From Podarcis melisellensis (Eukaryota), in NCBI GenBank assembly GCA_964234715.1, contig OZ174282.1: a stretch of DNA of 64,000 bases; one strand, written 5' to 3'. Numbering within the stretch: the first letter of the stretch is position 1; each line of letters starts with the position of its first letter. Under the pieces are notes generated by a model that was not told the origin of the DNA, did no database searches, and saw nothing but the letters and a program-made list of their open reading frames with translations. Below are positions 46,401-60,260 of the stretch, in pieces. The translations under genes and the position numbers were made by a program.

Positions 46401-49400
46401 CCAAATCAATGAAAATAAGTTAAAATACATAACAAACTAAGGTTCTGCCCCCCTAACAAAAGGCCTACCCCCCATACAAAAATCCTGGCTATGTCCATAA
46501 TTGGCCATCTTAAAGAATACCGTAGATTGGGACAAGACTAAACCATGAGAAATTGGTTTTTCTCAAAGACTTTGCCCAATTGAAGTCACAATTTTGTTAT
46601 AAAAAGATAGCATAAGTGATTGCTTAAGAACATTAATTACTTTAATACATGTGTATAAAACTTTACACACAAACACCAGAACAGTGCTTCTCTGTTACCT
46701 TTCTTACTGTACAGCAAGCAGCAGGATCTTATCAGAGGTGGGGTTTGGCCCTCCCAACAATTTAATGTTAATTTACCTGTGTGTAGAACTAGCCACTGAA
46801 GTGTAAATTCTCTTTGTTAGCTATGATTATTACAAGCTGTCCCATTTGAGCTCAAGCTTATGTAGATCAGCTTTTCTCAACTTTATGCCCTCCAGAAGTG
46901 TTGGGCTACAAAACATTGTTTTGCTATCTTCAACTGATGGAAGTTGGAGTCTCAGAACATCTGGAGGGGGTGGCAGTGGAAGATGTTACATGTTTTAAAA
47001 ATAATGGAAGGAAAAGACCAGGGAGACTTTGTCCTTTGCACATGCTAGGGAATAACACAGCAAAAGCCAGTGCTAATCACATATGTACTACAGAGGGTTG
47101 TGTAAGCCATAGGAACATCGCCCCTGCTCTCAGTGTGTGGTGGTGTGGCTTCAGCTTTGTGGATCCTGCTTTGCAAGGTCACAGCAGTTTATTTTAATTT
47201 AGCAGTTATGCCCTTTCTGCAGATATGAGGCTAATACAGTCAACTTGCCTGTTGAACATGTGTAAGCTGGTCAACATGTGCTACAGACATTTGGTTAATT
47301 TATTAAGCAGATTAATTTATGACTTTAGCCCTTTTCCTGCATTTCTTAAATCCTAATGCAGCAGAATATATTCCTTGTGTTTTATTTTTCCCTGCCAATA
47401 GCAAAATAGGTTTGTTTGCTTTATTTTGAATATTCCTGCAGAGATGTTGGGGGTGGATGAACACAGCACAGTTGCCTGAGGGTGAAAGGAAAAGACTCCC
47501 AGGCCCAAAGAGGATCTGATAAAGTGTGTCAGAAAGACAAAATGCTGTTGATTAGTAGGTCACTTGAGGAAAGTGTTGCAGGTCTGTATTACATTGTCAG
47601 ACTTGCCTGTTCACATTGATGTTTGTGATAAACAGTAGCATGTTGAATAAGCTATCAGCTTTCTCTGTCGTCATATTTCTAGAGTAGATTGCACTGGCTT
47701 CCAACTGAGGTGGATGCATAATATCTCTGCCTGTATGAGGTTTGGTATAAAGCAGCTAATGCTAAGGGATAGTGAGAAGTGGTTGCTTATTAGTAACTAC
47801 CAATTAGGAGATATATTCACTTACAGTATTTCAGGTTGTGAAAGAGAAACATAAGATTCTGTAAGGATTTCAAAAAATAATTACCCTTTTCCAATTATTA
47901 GAATTATTAATGTCCACAGCCCTGTAAATTTGAATGCTTGTTGCTAGTTGACTTTTTCATTTCTAGGAATGGTGGGTTTTTTTGTTTTTGTATTTGTGCT
48001 TTACTGTTAACAAAAGCTCTTGCTTGATTTTTTTTGGGGGGTGTGTGTAAAATATTGGTGGTGTTTCTAGAACACCCAAAATCTAAAATTTAGCAGGATT
48101 TAGCTTTCTATCCAGAGGATGCTTCTGTTGTGCTCCTGCTGCTGGACCTTGGGGTCCCTTCAAACTCTACAATTCTATGATTCTGTGATTCATTGAACTC
48201 AAGGGGATGTACAGAGACTGTGGGTAATTCATCTCCTCCTCAAAGCAGTTCTGTGAAGTAGATTAGGCTGGGCGAGAGTGACTGCCCCAAGGTTACACAG
48301 TGAGCTTTATGGTAAAGTTGAGTTTTGAACTTTGATCTTGCTGGCCATAACCAATTCTCTAACCACCTGTATATCTTACCAAAGTTCCCAGTTCAAATGT
48401 TACTTCAGATATAAACTGAAAGGGTGGCTGTAGGCAAGCTGCTCTTCTCAGCTGCAGTAGGGGATATACTGACATGCTTTACTTTGAATGCTTTTAAAAC
48501 ATTACATAAATGCTAAGTATCATTACTAAAAATAATATTATTTCTACAACAGCCAGTTCTAGGGCTGGATTTTATTATTATTATTTAGTATTATTCTTAT
48601 TTAGTATTGTGCCGGAATCCATTAATTTGTGCTGGTATCCATGAATTTAGACATCTATGCTGAGCTGGTGCATATTCATTTAAAGTCTGGGATTCAAGGA
48701 ACTATTTAAGTTCATCAGAGGACATTTTCTAGGTGTTGTTTACACACACACACACACACACACAGTCCCTGCCCACATGTTTGCAACCTAATAGACACAA
48801 TGCAAAAGGGAAAATGATAGGGTGGGATAACAAAAATACGGAAAGTAGGCACCTGTTCTTACATAATTGATAAAATGACCGGATGGGATGGTCATTGTTT
48901 GGGGAGGGGAAAAGTCAAGTGGTAATTGCTCCAAGCCAAGCTGATGAAGTACCCTGTGCCTTCTCACTTGGCCTTCTACTGCAGCTATGTAAATGCGGCC
49001 AGTATAATTTTTAAGTTAAATAGCTGATATCTTCCCTCTCTTAAGAGTTTCACCAACTCCTCTCAACTTCCAAAATAGTCTGCTATGTGGTCCACCCAGT
49101 AGGATGGGGGTGGGTCTGCTGCTCAGGAAAAACAAGTCTAAACAAATCCCATGGTCTCATGGGACTAGTTGTGCAGGTTTTCATCTGAAATATTTTTCTG
49201 CAACATTACTCCTTTTGGGAAAGCAAAGCAACGAAAATGCAAGAGGTTGCAAAAGAAACAGGGGGGGGGGGAGAGAATCCTGTGCAGGTGATATTTAAAG
49301 AAAGAAATTGTACTGTCTTTCAAGTGTTCTTTACTTTGAATACACTGTACATTCATTTGATCGCTTTTTGCGTCAAGAAGCATGTGTGGGTGAGACTTGC

Positions 49401-51750
49401 AGTATCAAAGTGGGAAGGTAGTACACTGTTCATTTTTTGAGGTGTGGGATATCCTTTCAGTAAGCAATCCCTAGCATATTGTAAGGCTTGCTCCAAACTT
49501 GGTCTAAAATGATTATGTAGTTATTTATAAGTTGACCCTGTGCTCCAAGGCAATGTACAATGCTTAGAAATTGAAAACAATAATCCAGATTTATTGGCAA
49601 GTTTTTATTACATTTTTTTTAAAAAAATTCATTAGTGTTTCAAAATTGCATTCTAGATGTCAGAGACACATTGTTTGTGTTCTGAAATAGCAAAATAATG
49701 TGACATTGATCATGCTGCATCAAGAATATTTAAATCCAAGTTTTTTTTATTTTAAGAATTGAATTTTCAATGTTTCCTTAAGTGGTGGATCATTGAGTGA
49801 TTTCTTAGGCATTCTTGAGCCTGCTGGTCAAAATGGAGTTCTGCTAGTGGTGATGGTGGACTTGGAATTCCTTAGCAAAAGCAAAGAAAAGGGATATTGA
49901 ATTCAGTTGTATGACTAAAACATTCTTGAAGGAGAATTTTAGATGTTCAGAAAGAGCTGAAAAGCAGATTGTTGAAAATCATGGGCCGTGATAATCTGTT
50001 GGTTCTATTTATAGTACACTTGGGATCTGTAGATGCAGTAGGTAGGAGCAAATACATATAAAACGGATATTTCTTTTTATGGTGAACACTAATGTACTGA
50101 AATTCCTGCATGGGTTTCTTCAGTGCAGTCTGTAGATTACAGTTCATTAATAGGCATTTTGTGCTTAGGAATCTTCTTTCTGTAATGTAGCCTGAATATC
50201 TTTGTCTAAATTGGGGCAGCCTGGATCCATTTTCAAGCCCCAGCACTGTCTAAGGTCAATGCAGCACACATTAGAGTATAGTGTCATTTCAGAGCCACCC
50301 CACCCCTCAGTCTTCTGAGTTCTAAGGGAGGGATGCCCCAGTAGCTTCTGTGACACAAGATGGAGACCTCCATTCAGTGCTTGGGAGACTAATGTGTGCC
50401 TGACCAGCTTGTGCGCAGAGCCTTGTGCATAGCTATTGGCACTTCACATATTGCTGCTGGCCTGGGCAGTACCACATTGCCCATCTGTGACTTGGCATAT
50501 GCTGGATGCAGTACTGTTGGCCATCTCTTATCTAAATCCTGTTTAGAAACTCACATTTGTCTGTAGATTTGTTGTTGGAGCCATTGTGCAAAATGGGCTC
50601 CTGTTCTTGACGTGTTTTACCTTTAGCATTTAAAAATTCATTTTTATACTCTTTCTAAAATATTCAGTTTCTTTTCCTTTTTGGATAGCAAAAACATTTT
50701 GAGAGTATTTTAGTTGAGAAGTGAAACGCTTCAGAAATTGCAAAATACTCTGTTTGCATAGCCACTAAAATTTCTGATCAGTTTTTAGAAGACCCTTATA
50801 AATCATGAATTTCATCTTAAGTTTTCTGTTTCAGGAAGGGATTGTAATGGAATGCCAGAAGTTTTATTCTTCTTGTCATTTCCCAATGTGCCAGCTCTAT
50901 GTATGTCCCCAGTACTGATGAATCATGCTGATTTTAGGGCTTGTTTTACCTGGACTGTAACTTTTATTTCCTATTTGTCATTTCATTTCTTACTGACAGT
51001 TTCTACAAGCATGCCTCCTTGACAGACTCTAAATGCCGTTTGAGAAAGGAGAAGCGTGTGCTAATGAGGATTAGCCTCTTTGATGCATATCAAAGATGCT
51101 TTTTCTTATTATTTTTTTAATGTTCTTCCTCTTCTGTCCTTTCTTATATCACCTATCCTGACTCTATAATCAGTAGGTCATGACATGAGAGGAATGCTGC
51201 ATGTAATCACATTAGTCATGGTCTGCACACTTTCAAGTTAGGGTATTTTCTTGATCTGCCTTAAAGTAGCAGCAATCTTTATATAGTAGTATCATAGTTG
51301 TACATGAAATGCGGCCTGCACAGTAGGGGAGCTACTTTGCTGAACTGTGTGGTAAAAGAGAGAAGGGGATGTTTTTCTTCCTCGTCACATCTGGACTCAT
51401 GCCTATAAGAGTCTTTATCTAATTCTTTGGACAGCTCAGTCCTAAGGGACCACTTCAGTCATAGCACAGTGAACAAGGGGTATTAGTACAGTGGATCATA
51501 GGACTGGCTGGGAGAGAGCTGACCAAGATTCACAACAATTTCCTAACAGAATTTAGAAAAACAACAACATGTTCCTATACTGTATTTTTCTTCAACTTGT
51601 ATGCAGACATAATGATAATAGAAAGGCAAGTAAAAATTCTGGGTTGTAGCCAACTAAGCTTTATTCAGAGTAGAGTAAACCCATTGGAATTAATGGACCT
51701 AATGGTGTTTCTGGCTTCAGTGGCAAGGCACTTAAAACATCAGTGCTCAG

Positions 51751-52045
51751 CAGGGGCGTAGGAAGGGGGGGCAGTGGGGGCAGACAGTCCCGGGTGCCGT
51801 CACTGAGGGGGGTGACATTCAGCACTCCGCCTGCCCACGACTCCCAAGCCTACCCCAAACCGAATGTCCGCCATGGGTGGCACGATCCGCCCCGGTGGGT
51901 GGCTCGCTCTGGCCCTGGCTGCTTGGCACACGCACCGTTCTGGGCACCCGAGTGGCTATCCCGTGCCTGGGAGGGCACTCTCCATGCCATGTCCCCCTCA
52001 GGAGCGCACCCACCCTGGGCAGCGCAGGCATATGCTCCATCGCTG
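51751..52045. mobile_element. hAT MITE
   Basis: CAGGGGCGTAG...CCATCGCTG ends, TSD GTGCTCAG/ATGCTCAG. 3' end shared with 59377-59916. Confidence 0.75.
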
Positions 52046-52933
52046 ATGCTCAGGACTTCAGTAAAGAACCATTTTTACAGTGATATTTACAGTTAATTCA
52101 ATTTAGTTGTATTAAAGACATATACTTAATTCCATTTTCCTTGTCCACTAAGTGACTGCTCCCAGGACTGAACTCCCTTTGATGGAGACATTCTTTTCTT
52201 GAAAACATCTGAAGTGTCAAGACACACTACGGTGGTGCTGTTGCTGCCGCCATAAATAACAACAGCCCCCCCCCGTTTCTAAAGGCTCTGCTGGTTTATG
52301 GTATGTAATATTCAAATTTTGGAATAGAATTGAAGCTAAATTCAAAACAAAACAAAACAAAACAAAACAAAAACAAAAAGCATATAGACAAAGCTTATAT
52401 TATGGAGTCTTTCAAAGGGATAGCCTGGAATGGTGATGAAATTAGTTCTTATAATTCTCTTTTCTCTCTTTTTTTTAAGAGGAAGATGGATGGTGTGTAT
52501 CTTTTCAATGGGTGCTCTAAAACAGGTATCTTCAACTTTTTGAGATGAGCACTCAAACATGCAGTTGGGGATCTATTTATTACCATATATTTGCATGGTG
52601 GTAGTGGTCTTGTTCAGCTGCTAGTGGGTCCTACTAGTGGGTCTTGAACCCCCAGTTGAATACCAGTGGTCTAAAGCAACTATAAATGAGCTGATTTTTT
52701 ACAGTGTTGAAGTTTACAAGGCCTTGTCCTAGAAGCCTGCATTATATTCCTTCTTACTGGTTCAGTGCTGCTGTAGTGTGGAAGGCTGGGAGTCCATCTT
52801 CTTGTGTAACCTGCCCATAATTGCTTCAAGCACACTTGTGTGGTCCTCCTTGTCTAAAGAGTTATCTTCCAGCAACATTGCTAAAAGCACAATTCAGCCC
52901 CAATTAGGAGGGGTTCACACTCAGAAAAAAATA

Positions 52934-53195
52934 CCCTATTGGCCTGAATATAAGCTGCACCTGAATATAAGCCGCAAGTTTAAAATTCAAGGGGGGGGGG
53001 AAGACAATACCCAAATATAAGCCACTCCCTTAAAATTCCACAGGCACTCAAACCTGTTTCATTTTACCATATGTCTGTTTCAGCAGCGATATCGTAAAAG
53101 CCCATTTTTGTAAGGTTGTGAATTTAAACCACACTTTAACTTTTTACGGTCGGAATTTGGGGGGGAAAGTGAGGCTTATATTCAGGCCAATACGG
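52934..53195. mobile_element. Tc2/pogo-like MITE
   Basis: TIR CC(C/G)TATTGGCCTGAATATAAGC, TA flanks. Confidence 0.85.
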
Positions 53196-54357
53196 TAATA
53201 TAATTCTCTGCACTGTTTCGGAATGCAAACATTAGAAATGCATGGATGAATAACCCAGCAAGAAGAGTTTGAACCTAGCTGCCTCTCTCTGAAGCTAGTC
53301 TTATCTGTATTTGAGTTTTCAAAACTTGCAGTTCTTTACCTACATGAGCTCTAAAATGTACAAATGCCAGCATTACTGCACTAAATATCCTTTCTGAGCA
53401 GACGATAGATAATTTTGGAATGGTTGCCTGAAAACAGACTAGTATTATCAATCCTGCTTTCCCAGTATTATGTACAGTTGTGTTACTGTGTAGGCTTACA
53501 TTGAACGTAGGATGATAAAGAATTGCCCCTCAGTAAGGTCAGGCAGAGAACCTTCACAAAAACTTACTTAGCTTCTCCTCCCCTTTTCTTAGGCAGACTA
53601 GCAGATATAAGGAGGAGTTTTAACTAAATGCTCATAGACTGTGGCATCATATTGCTCTGGTATGAGGCAACTGCCTTTTTTTTTTATAACTTCAATCTTT
53701 CTCTAGAATATTTGGGGTTGCCAAATATTAATTATTTCCCTTTGGCATTTTTGCTGGAACTTCCCTACCCCCATTTCCCCATCTAGTTACTGTAGTTAAG
53801 AAATTGGCATGTGCTACTTTCTGATTGCTTGTTGTCATATCTCTCATATGTAAAGAGTGGTGCTTGCTGCCAAAACTGTGTGTGTACAATCTTTCAGTCA
53901 TCTTGAGTTGATTGGGCTTTTCTGTTTTTTCTCCTCGTTTGCCTGTATTAAAAGTCTTTATCTCAAAGTGACATTCTTCAATTTGATATGTTCTCTCCTC
54001 TTATTCTTTGCACTCTTAATTTGTAACTGCTTATTTTTTGTTAAAAATAGCCTTTGACGTCTCTATTCCTTGACACCACCTGTAATAAAGCCTTCATTTC
54101 ATTGTTGATGCAGCTCTTTGTAACATTGCATAGCTTTGATAGCACTTAATGCCAATCTTCTGCAGGTTTAGTTTTGAGAGGAGTTTGAAATTAAACTGAT
54201 AGATTTTGATTTCCATTTTTATGTATTCTTCCTCTGTTCAAAACATCAAAAGAGTTTTGTGGAAATTTAAAGACTAACAAATTTATTATGGCATAAGCTT
54301 TTGTGGACTACAGTCCACTTCATCAGTTGCATGAACTGTTACCTTGAGTTGCAGGTG

Positions 54358-54359
54358 TA

Positions 54360-54413
<54 letters not shown>
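54358..54413. repeat. (TATC)n microsatellite
   Basis: Direct reading. Confidence 0.95.
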
Positions 54414-55846
54414 CACATTTGTTTGGAAGGTGGGGATTGTAAACAGTGAATGAATACATGAAAGAATGAGGTCATAGGGAAATGAAATGGAGAAAAGTAC
54501 AGTGACAAGTTGCTAATTAAAGATGGTAATTAACAAAATGGTTGTTGATAACAAAGACATTCTGGCATTGGAATACCAATTAACACATATCATGTGATAA
54601 ATATTATCTGTCTCTGTTCAATCCACAAGTGAATCTGTTGTATAGTAATTTAGCATTTTTTAATATTGCTTTGTTCCAGAATGGCCACTAAGGTCACATA
54701 CAGAGTCACTTTCATCATAGTGTACCCTGACACTCCATGCTTGCTTTTTAACACACCATGGATTCCATCTTGTTGTCATATCCATCTGCAATGATTTCTT
54801 TATACTGGGGTTGCCAACATGGTGCCCTCCAGATTTTTGGACTATTGCTCCTGCAATCCCTAGCTGTCAGCCATGCTAGTTTAGGATGCTGAGCATTGTA
54901 ATCCACATCATCTGGTGGGTACCACGTTGACAACCCTTGCTTTATACAAACCATGCTCTCAGATACTTGAGTTTATCCTATTCCATATGGAGGAATAGCA
55001 TAGATATTTAATGAACTCCCACAGATAGTGTAAGCAATATGATAATCAAAGTCTTATGCTTTCTTCCTGTTTTACTTATTTTGATTAAATGATGTTGCTT
55101 CTCTTACCCAAGGTGCTCTTTAAACAAGGGGGAGGGAGGGAGGCAGAACTTGATTCTTCCCCTCTTCTCCCTTTTCACATGTGGCATAGGAATTCATTTC
55201 TTTTACAATGTTTTATAGTTGACTTATTTCAAATATATGTGGGAGGCATAGTCCAATCAAGTTGAGTGCTCTCATCAATTTCTATGGGATTATTAAGCAT
55301 ATGCTTATCACTTTCTGATGTACTGAATGGTACATCATGTCCTGCTTGTTGTTTCAAATAGGCAACTGGTTGTTGTTGCTTATTACAACTTTATCCCACC
55401 TATCCTTCAAAAGGAGCCCAGTGCAGAAAATGACAAAGCAGCACAGCAAAACAATTTTAAAAATAAAATAAGAGCTTTTAAAAACTTTAAGAACAACTAT
55501 GTTTATTACGTTTTGGGGATGGGGGCTTGCAGAGGAGGCTCAATCTGTCTTGAAGAAGCTGGGTGTGGAGGAGGGGGCTTCTCTCCTGTAGCCACCCACT
55601 TGATTTCTATGTTGGATGTGGAGGAAGAACAGAATACTGTTCCCTCCTGCACCAATCCTTTCAAATGCATGTGCATATGTAGCTCTCTTTTTTTTCTTTT
55701 TTCTTTTTTGCCTTTCGCCACCAAGCTAGCTAAATGCAGGGCAACTTAATATTCTCTGAACCTCATCTGCAGTATGGAGGAGTCTGATCTACCTTGGTTT
55801 TCTTACCAGCAAGTATGTATATGAAGTACTTTGAACAATTAGCATG

Positions 55847-55847
<1 letters not shown>

Positions 55848-55890
<43 letters not shown>
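55848..55890. repeat. (GT)n microsatellite
   Basis: Direct reading. Confidence 0.95.
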
Positions 55891-55891
<1 letters not shown>

Positions 55892-55983
55892 CAATTGAAG
55901 GTGCTGAAACTTAAATTCTTGCTTGTTTGGCTGCTGCTCAGTTTTCATAGTGAAAACAGTTTTCATAGATCAGCTTCTCAATA

Positions 55984-56209
55984 CAGTGGTACCTCAGGTT
56001 AAGTAATTAATTCGTTCCGGAGGTCCATTCTTAACCTGAAACTGTTCTTAACCTGAAGCACCACTTTAGCTAATGGGGCCTCCTGCTGCCGCTGCGCCGT
56101 CAGAGCACGAGTTCTGTTCTCATCCTGAAGCAAAGTGCTTAACATGAAGCACTATTTCTGGGTTAGCAGAGTCTGTAACCTGAAGCGTATGTAACCCGAG
56201 GTACCACTG
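55984..56209 (+). mobile_element. Tc1/mariner-pogo-type MITE, family A
   Basis: TIR CAGTGGTACCTC, TA flanks, same orientation as 1912-2132. Confidence 0.92.
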
Positions 56210-57830
56210 TAATGACGTGATAATTTTAAAGCTAAGCAAAGACAAATACACCTTATTTTAAAGGGGTACACCACTGCATTGTGGTGCATTGATGAATTAA
56301 TAAAATATTAAAATAGACACAGCTGAAGAACTATAGTGTCAGAGGGCCACTTCACACAATACAGCAGGAGCAGGTACCCATCTAAAAGGTAGAATGTCTC
56401 TAGCAGCTAGTGTAGGTGTATATATTCTATTTATTTATAGAAACATGGTGCACAAGTAGTGCAGTGTTAACACCCAGTGTCTACACCCCTGAGAGTTCCT
56501 GTCAGTAATACGGCAGTGCACATACAGAGGAAATTATGATCCATAGTCACCTTTCTCTGGTAACAAAGTGGAAGTGGGGTGTATGTTGCATTTTTAAAAC
56601 TAACTTACTTTTTTCTGAACAGGGAACAATAACTCATTGATAGAACACATACTTTATATTCAATAGGTTCTGGGTTACCCTCAGGAACCCCTGCCAGTTA
56701 GACTGGGCAATACTGAGCTAGATGAATGTGCTGTAATGCAGCTTCTGTGTAGCATAACCCTTTTACAAAGCAGCCAGATGTCCTCCCCACTTTTTTTGCA
56801 AGCTACCTTTTTAACCTTCTTCAACATTTCTGAATCACCTGGCCTTAGTTTAACCAAAAATGAAATTCACTACAATGTGAAAACCTTGTTAACCCTGGCA
56901 TTGTGAGTAATATTCCTTATATTTTGCTTTACTGCTTCCTGAGTCTTTTTATCTTCTCTGACCTCTTGTGTTTTTCAGCTGAGTTGCAGTTTTTATCTCA
57001 TCAGACCTGCTGTTCAGGAACATTTGCTTGTTGTGAAAAAATTGCTTCTATTCTAACACCGCATTACAGAGCTGGAAAAAATATTTCTAAGCGACATTCC
57101 CGTAATTGTGGAACTTTTTGCCCTCTCCTGAGCATCTTTTGGAACTGTTGCAATAATTTTCTGCATGTTCTTAGTTGTGAGTGGCAGGGCTAAACTGGAA
57201 TGGGATGGGCTCTGTAGCATATATTTTTAAAAGACTGCTTCATGTGTGTCTACCATATATATACATATGTGCACGCACACACACACACACATACAATGCA
57301 TGTGTATATGCATTTGCCATCAGGTATTAGTACAGTAAGATAATGTGTTGCATCTCTGTCAGTCTGCCAGATGTTTATCCTATTCAACTGCCCAATAATA
57401 TGAAATGCAATGTGTAAAATACAAAATCACAACCTAAATAAAACCAATTATAAAAGACAGACTAAGAACCAAGTGATTATAGCAGGTTCAATACATTCCT
57501 ACAGAAAGATAACATAACTTTTAAAAAAAAATTCTAAATAGGCCTTTAGAGGAGAAAAGTTTGATATAAAATCCACTTGGTTGAATCCCGTTACTCTGAA
57601 AGAGTATCTTACATACTGCTGTTCCTAGCAAATTGGCTTGTATAATTGGTTACATACAACCTACCACATCCAGCTCTATAACTTAGCAATAAATCAGAGT
57701 GTAGGAGGAATGCTACACCTTGCCAAAGGATCCTCAAGATAAGGAATATAGTTGTTTATTTAAACTTATTCCTTCCTGTAATTCCAGGGCACCTTTTACC
57801 TTGTTACGCCTCATTTTGTCTTTTCTTATA

Positions 57831-58071
57831 CAGTGGTACCTTGGTTCTCAAACTTAATCTGTTCTGGAAGTCTGTTTCAAAACCAAAGCGTTCCAAAACC
57901 AAGGTGCAGTTTCCCATAGAAAGTAATGCCAAACAGATTAATCTGTCCCAGACTTTTAAAAACAACCCCTAAAACAGCAATTAACATGAATTTTACTATC
58001 TTATGAGACCATTGCTCCATAAAATTAAAGCAATAAACAATGTACTGTACTATAAAATAAATAAAACAGTA
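57831..58071. mobile_element. Left part of a Tc1/mariner-pogo-type element, truncated
   Basis: TA-CAGTGGTACCTTGGTT start similar to the 38399 element. Its own right TIR was not found. Confidence 0.7.
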
Positions 58072-58299
58072 CAGTGGTACCTCGGGTTAAATACGCTTCA
58101 GGTTACAGACTCCGCTAACCCTGAAATAGTGCTTCAGGTTAAGAACTTTGCTTCAGGATGAGAACAGAAATCGTGCTCCAGCGGCGCAGCAGTAGCAGGG
58201 GGCCCCATTAGCTAAAGTGGTGCTTCAGGTTAGGAACAGTTTCAGGTTAAGAACGGACCTCCGGAACGAATTAATAGTACTTAACCTGAGGTACCACTG
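58072..58299 (-). mobile_element. Tc1/mariner-pogo-type MITE, family A, inverted
   Basis: Reverse complement of 55984-56209, TA flanks. Confidence 0.92.
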
Positions 58300-58813
58300 T
58301 ATCTGTAGAAAATTATGTTGGTAATGGTAAGCTGCTTAGGACAAACTCTGACTCTTACCTGCCACCATTTTCTGACTAGTGAGCCTCTGTAACTTTCAGC
58401 TGTATCAAGTGGGCCCTGGAGGTATAAGGTTTGAGAACTCCCTGTGTAGCGAGAGTCGACACAGACACCATTTTTTCTTCCTCTCTAATTATAGAACTCT
58501 GTGTGCATAATAGAACTTGGAACCAATGGAATTGATTTGGCCGTAGGTTGAGGACAGGCTAAACAGAAGTACTTCATCATGCAGCACATAATTAACTTAG
58601 GAAATTAACTACTACAAGATACAGCACAGACTACTGACTTAGGCCATTCCTCTAAGGATATATCCAACCCTTTTAAAAATTCACCTATCAGTGGTCATTA
58701 GCCATGAAAGCTGATAATGGTTCCTTCCTATATAGTATATCTGTGAACTCCAGTTATTAGAAATAAAGTGGGGGTGGGTATAACACCTATGCTGTGCTTG
58801 TAAGCTTCTAGAG

Positions 58814-59356
58814 CAGGGATCAACAAACTTATTCAGGAGGTGGCCAGTCCACTGTCCCTCAGACCTTGTGGAGGGCCAGACCCACCCTCTCCCAAAAGCA
58901 CCCTTCTCCTGAAAGCACCCCCCCAAAGGACCCCCCGCCACCACACTCGCCGCTGCTGCCACCTTGTCTTCAGCAGCGTCATTGTCGTCCTCTGCCTCGG
59001 CCAGGGGTTCGCTGGGCGCAGAGCCCATGCTGCTGGCCTGGGCGACGGAGGCAGCCTCCCTGCCGCCGCCACTTCCTCCCGCTCGGCTCTTGGCCATATG
59101 CAGCTGCCTCAGCAGGAAGGAATGGGCATCACCCAGGTGTGTCCGCGGCTTTGGATTGGCCTCGGGAGCTTTCTGCAGCCAATCTGAAGCTGCGTCAGTG
59201 TGGCAGAAGTCAGTCCCCATGCGGCGAGGCCTCCACGCCACGCCAGTTTAGCGGGGGGACTGACCGAGTGGGCATTAGGGTCCGCAAAGTTTGCAGGCCG
59301 GATTAACGAGCCTGGTGGGCTGCATCCGGCCCCGGGCCTTAGTTTGCTGACCCCTA
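58814..59356. mobile_element. Non-autonomous hAT (Charlie-type)
   Basis: Ends CAGGGATCAACAAACT / AGTTTGCTGACCCCTA, TSD TTCTAGAG/ATCTAGAG. Confidence 0.85.
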
Positions 59357-59376
59357 ATCTAGAGGGACTGAATACT

Positions 59377-59916
59377 CAGGCATAGCATGTGGGGGCTGTG
59401 GCCCCAGGTGCAATTTTGAGAGGGGGCACAAACAGGCACCTCCACAGCAGGTTCCTTTATCGGAGCCTGGCTCAGTGCCAGAAGGAGCTGCGCATTGGCT
59501 GCAGCCACTTGTGCCTGTTGTAGCTCTACTCCCCGGGTCAGGCCTGACCCGGGAGATGATAGCAGGCAAGTGGGCGACAGCAATGCTGCCTATCCTCCTT
59601 GGCTGTGGCACACCTCGCGCCTGGCGGCAGCAGCTCTTTCATTGAGTCACTTCTGACCCAGTGGCGGAGAGCAGAGCTCCTCGGCTGCAGTGGCTCCAGG
59701 TCACATCTGGTCCGGCTGGCAGAGAGCATCCCACTTTGGCTGCGGTGAGGCCTGACCCGTGGTGGAGAGCAGGGGGAGAATGGACAGCAACTTCCCTGTC
59801 CCTCTCCTCCCCTGAACTGTGGGCATGGGAGGGCGCCCTCCACACTCTACCCCCCCCCTTGGGGGGGGCGCTCCGCATGCCCGCCCCAGGCAGTGCAGGC
59901 ATATGCTCTGCTGCTG
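59377..59916. mobile_element. Non-autonomous hAT
   Basis: CAG...CTG ends, perfect 8-bp TSD TGAATACT. Confidence 0.8.
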
Positions 59917-60177
59917 TGAATACTGACTGCTTTGAAGTGTGGAAGGATGGACCTTTTCTTTAATTCCTCAAGGGTAGTTCATATGTATTGGAAACTTCCC
60001 AAACAGAATAGTAACGGAGCTTTCAAAGCCCTTCTGTGTGGTGAATATCCTCTGTTAATAAGGCTGTTGTCACAATCATCACATCACAATGCCTAGATAG
60101 TTCAATGGCATGTTAGGTCTGAGAATAACAAATCAGTGCTGCTAAAAGCTGAAAGAACTCCCACTGTGTGAGTTGTA

Positions 60178-60260
60178 GTATCATAGAATTATAGACTTGG
60201 AAGGGACCCTGAGGGCCATATGGTCTAATCCCCTGCAATGCAGGGATCTCAATTAGATCA
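60178..60260 (-). mobile_element. CR1 LINE 3' tail
   Basis: Reverse complement of a GGTCCCTTCCAA...ATTCTATGA tail. Another such tail at ~48141-48190 (+). Confidence 0.7.

Noticed and set aside
58681-59963. Several 80-186 aa ORFs
   Set aside because: They lie within TSD-bounded non-autonomous hAT elements and have no transposase motifs.
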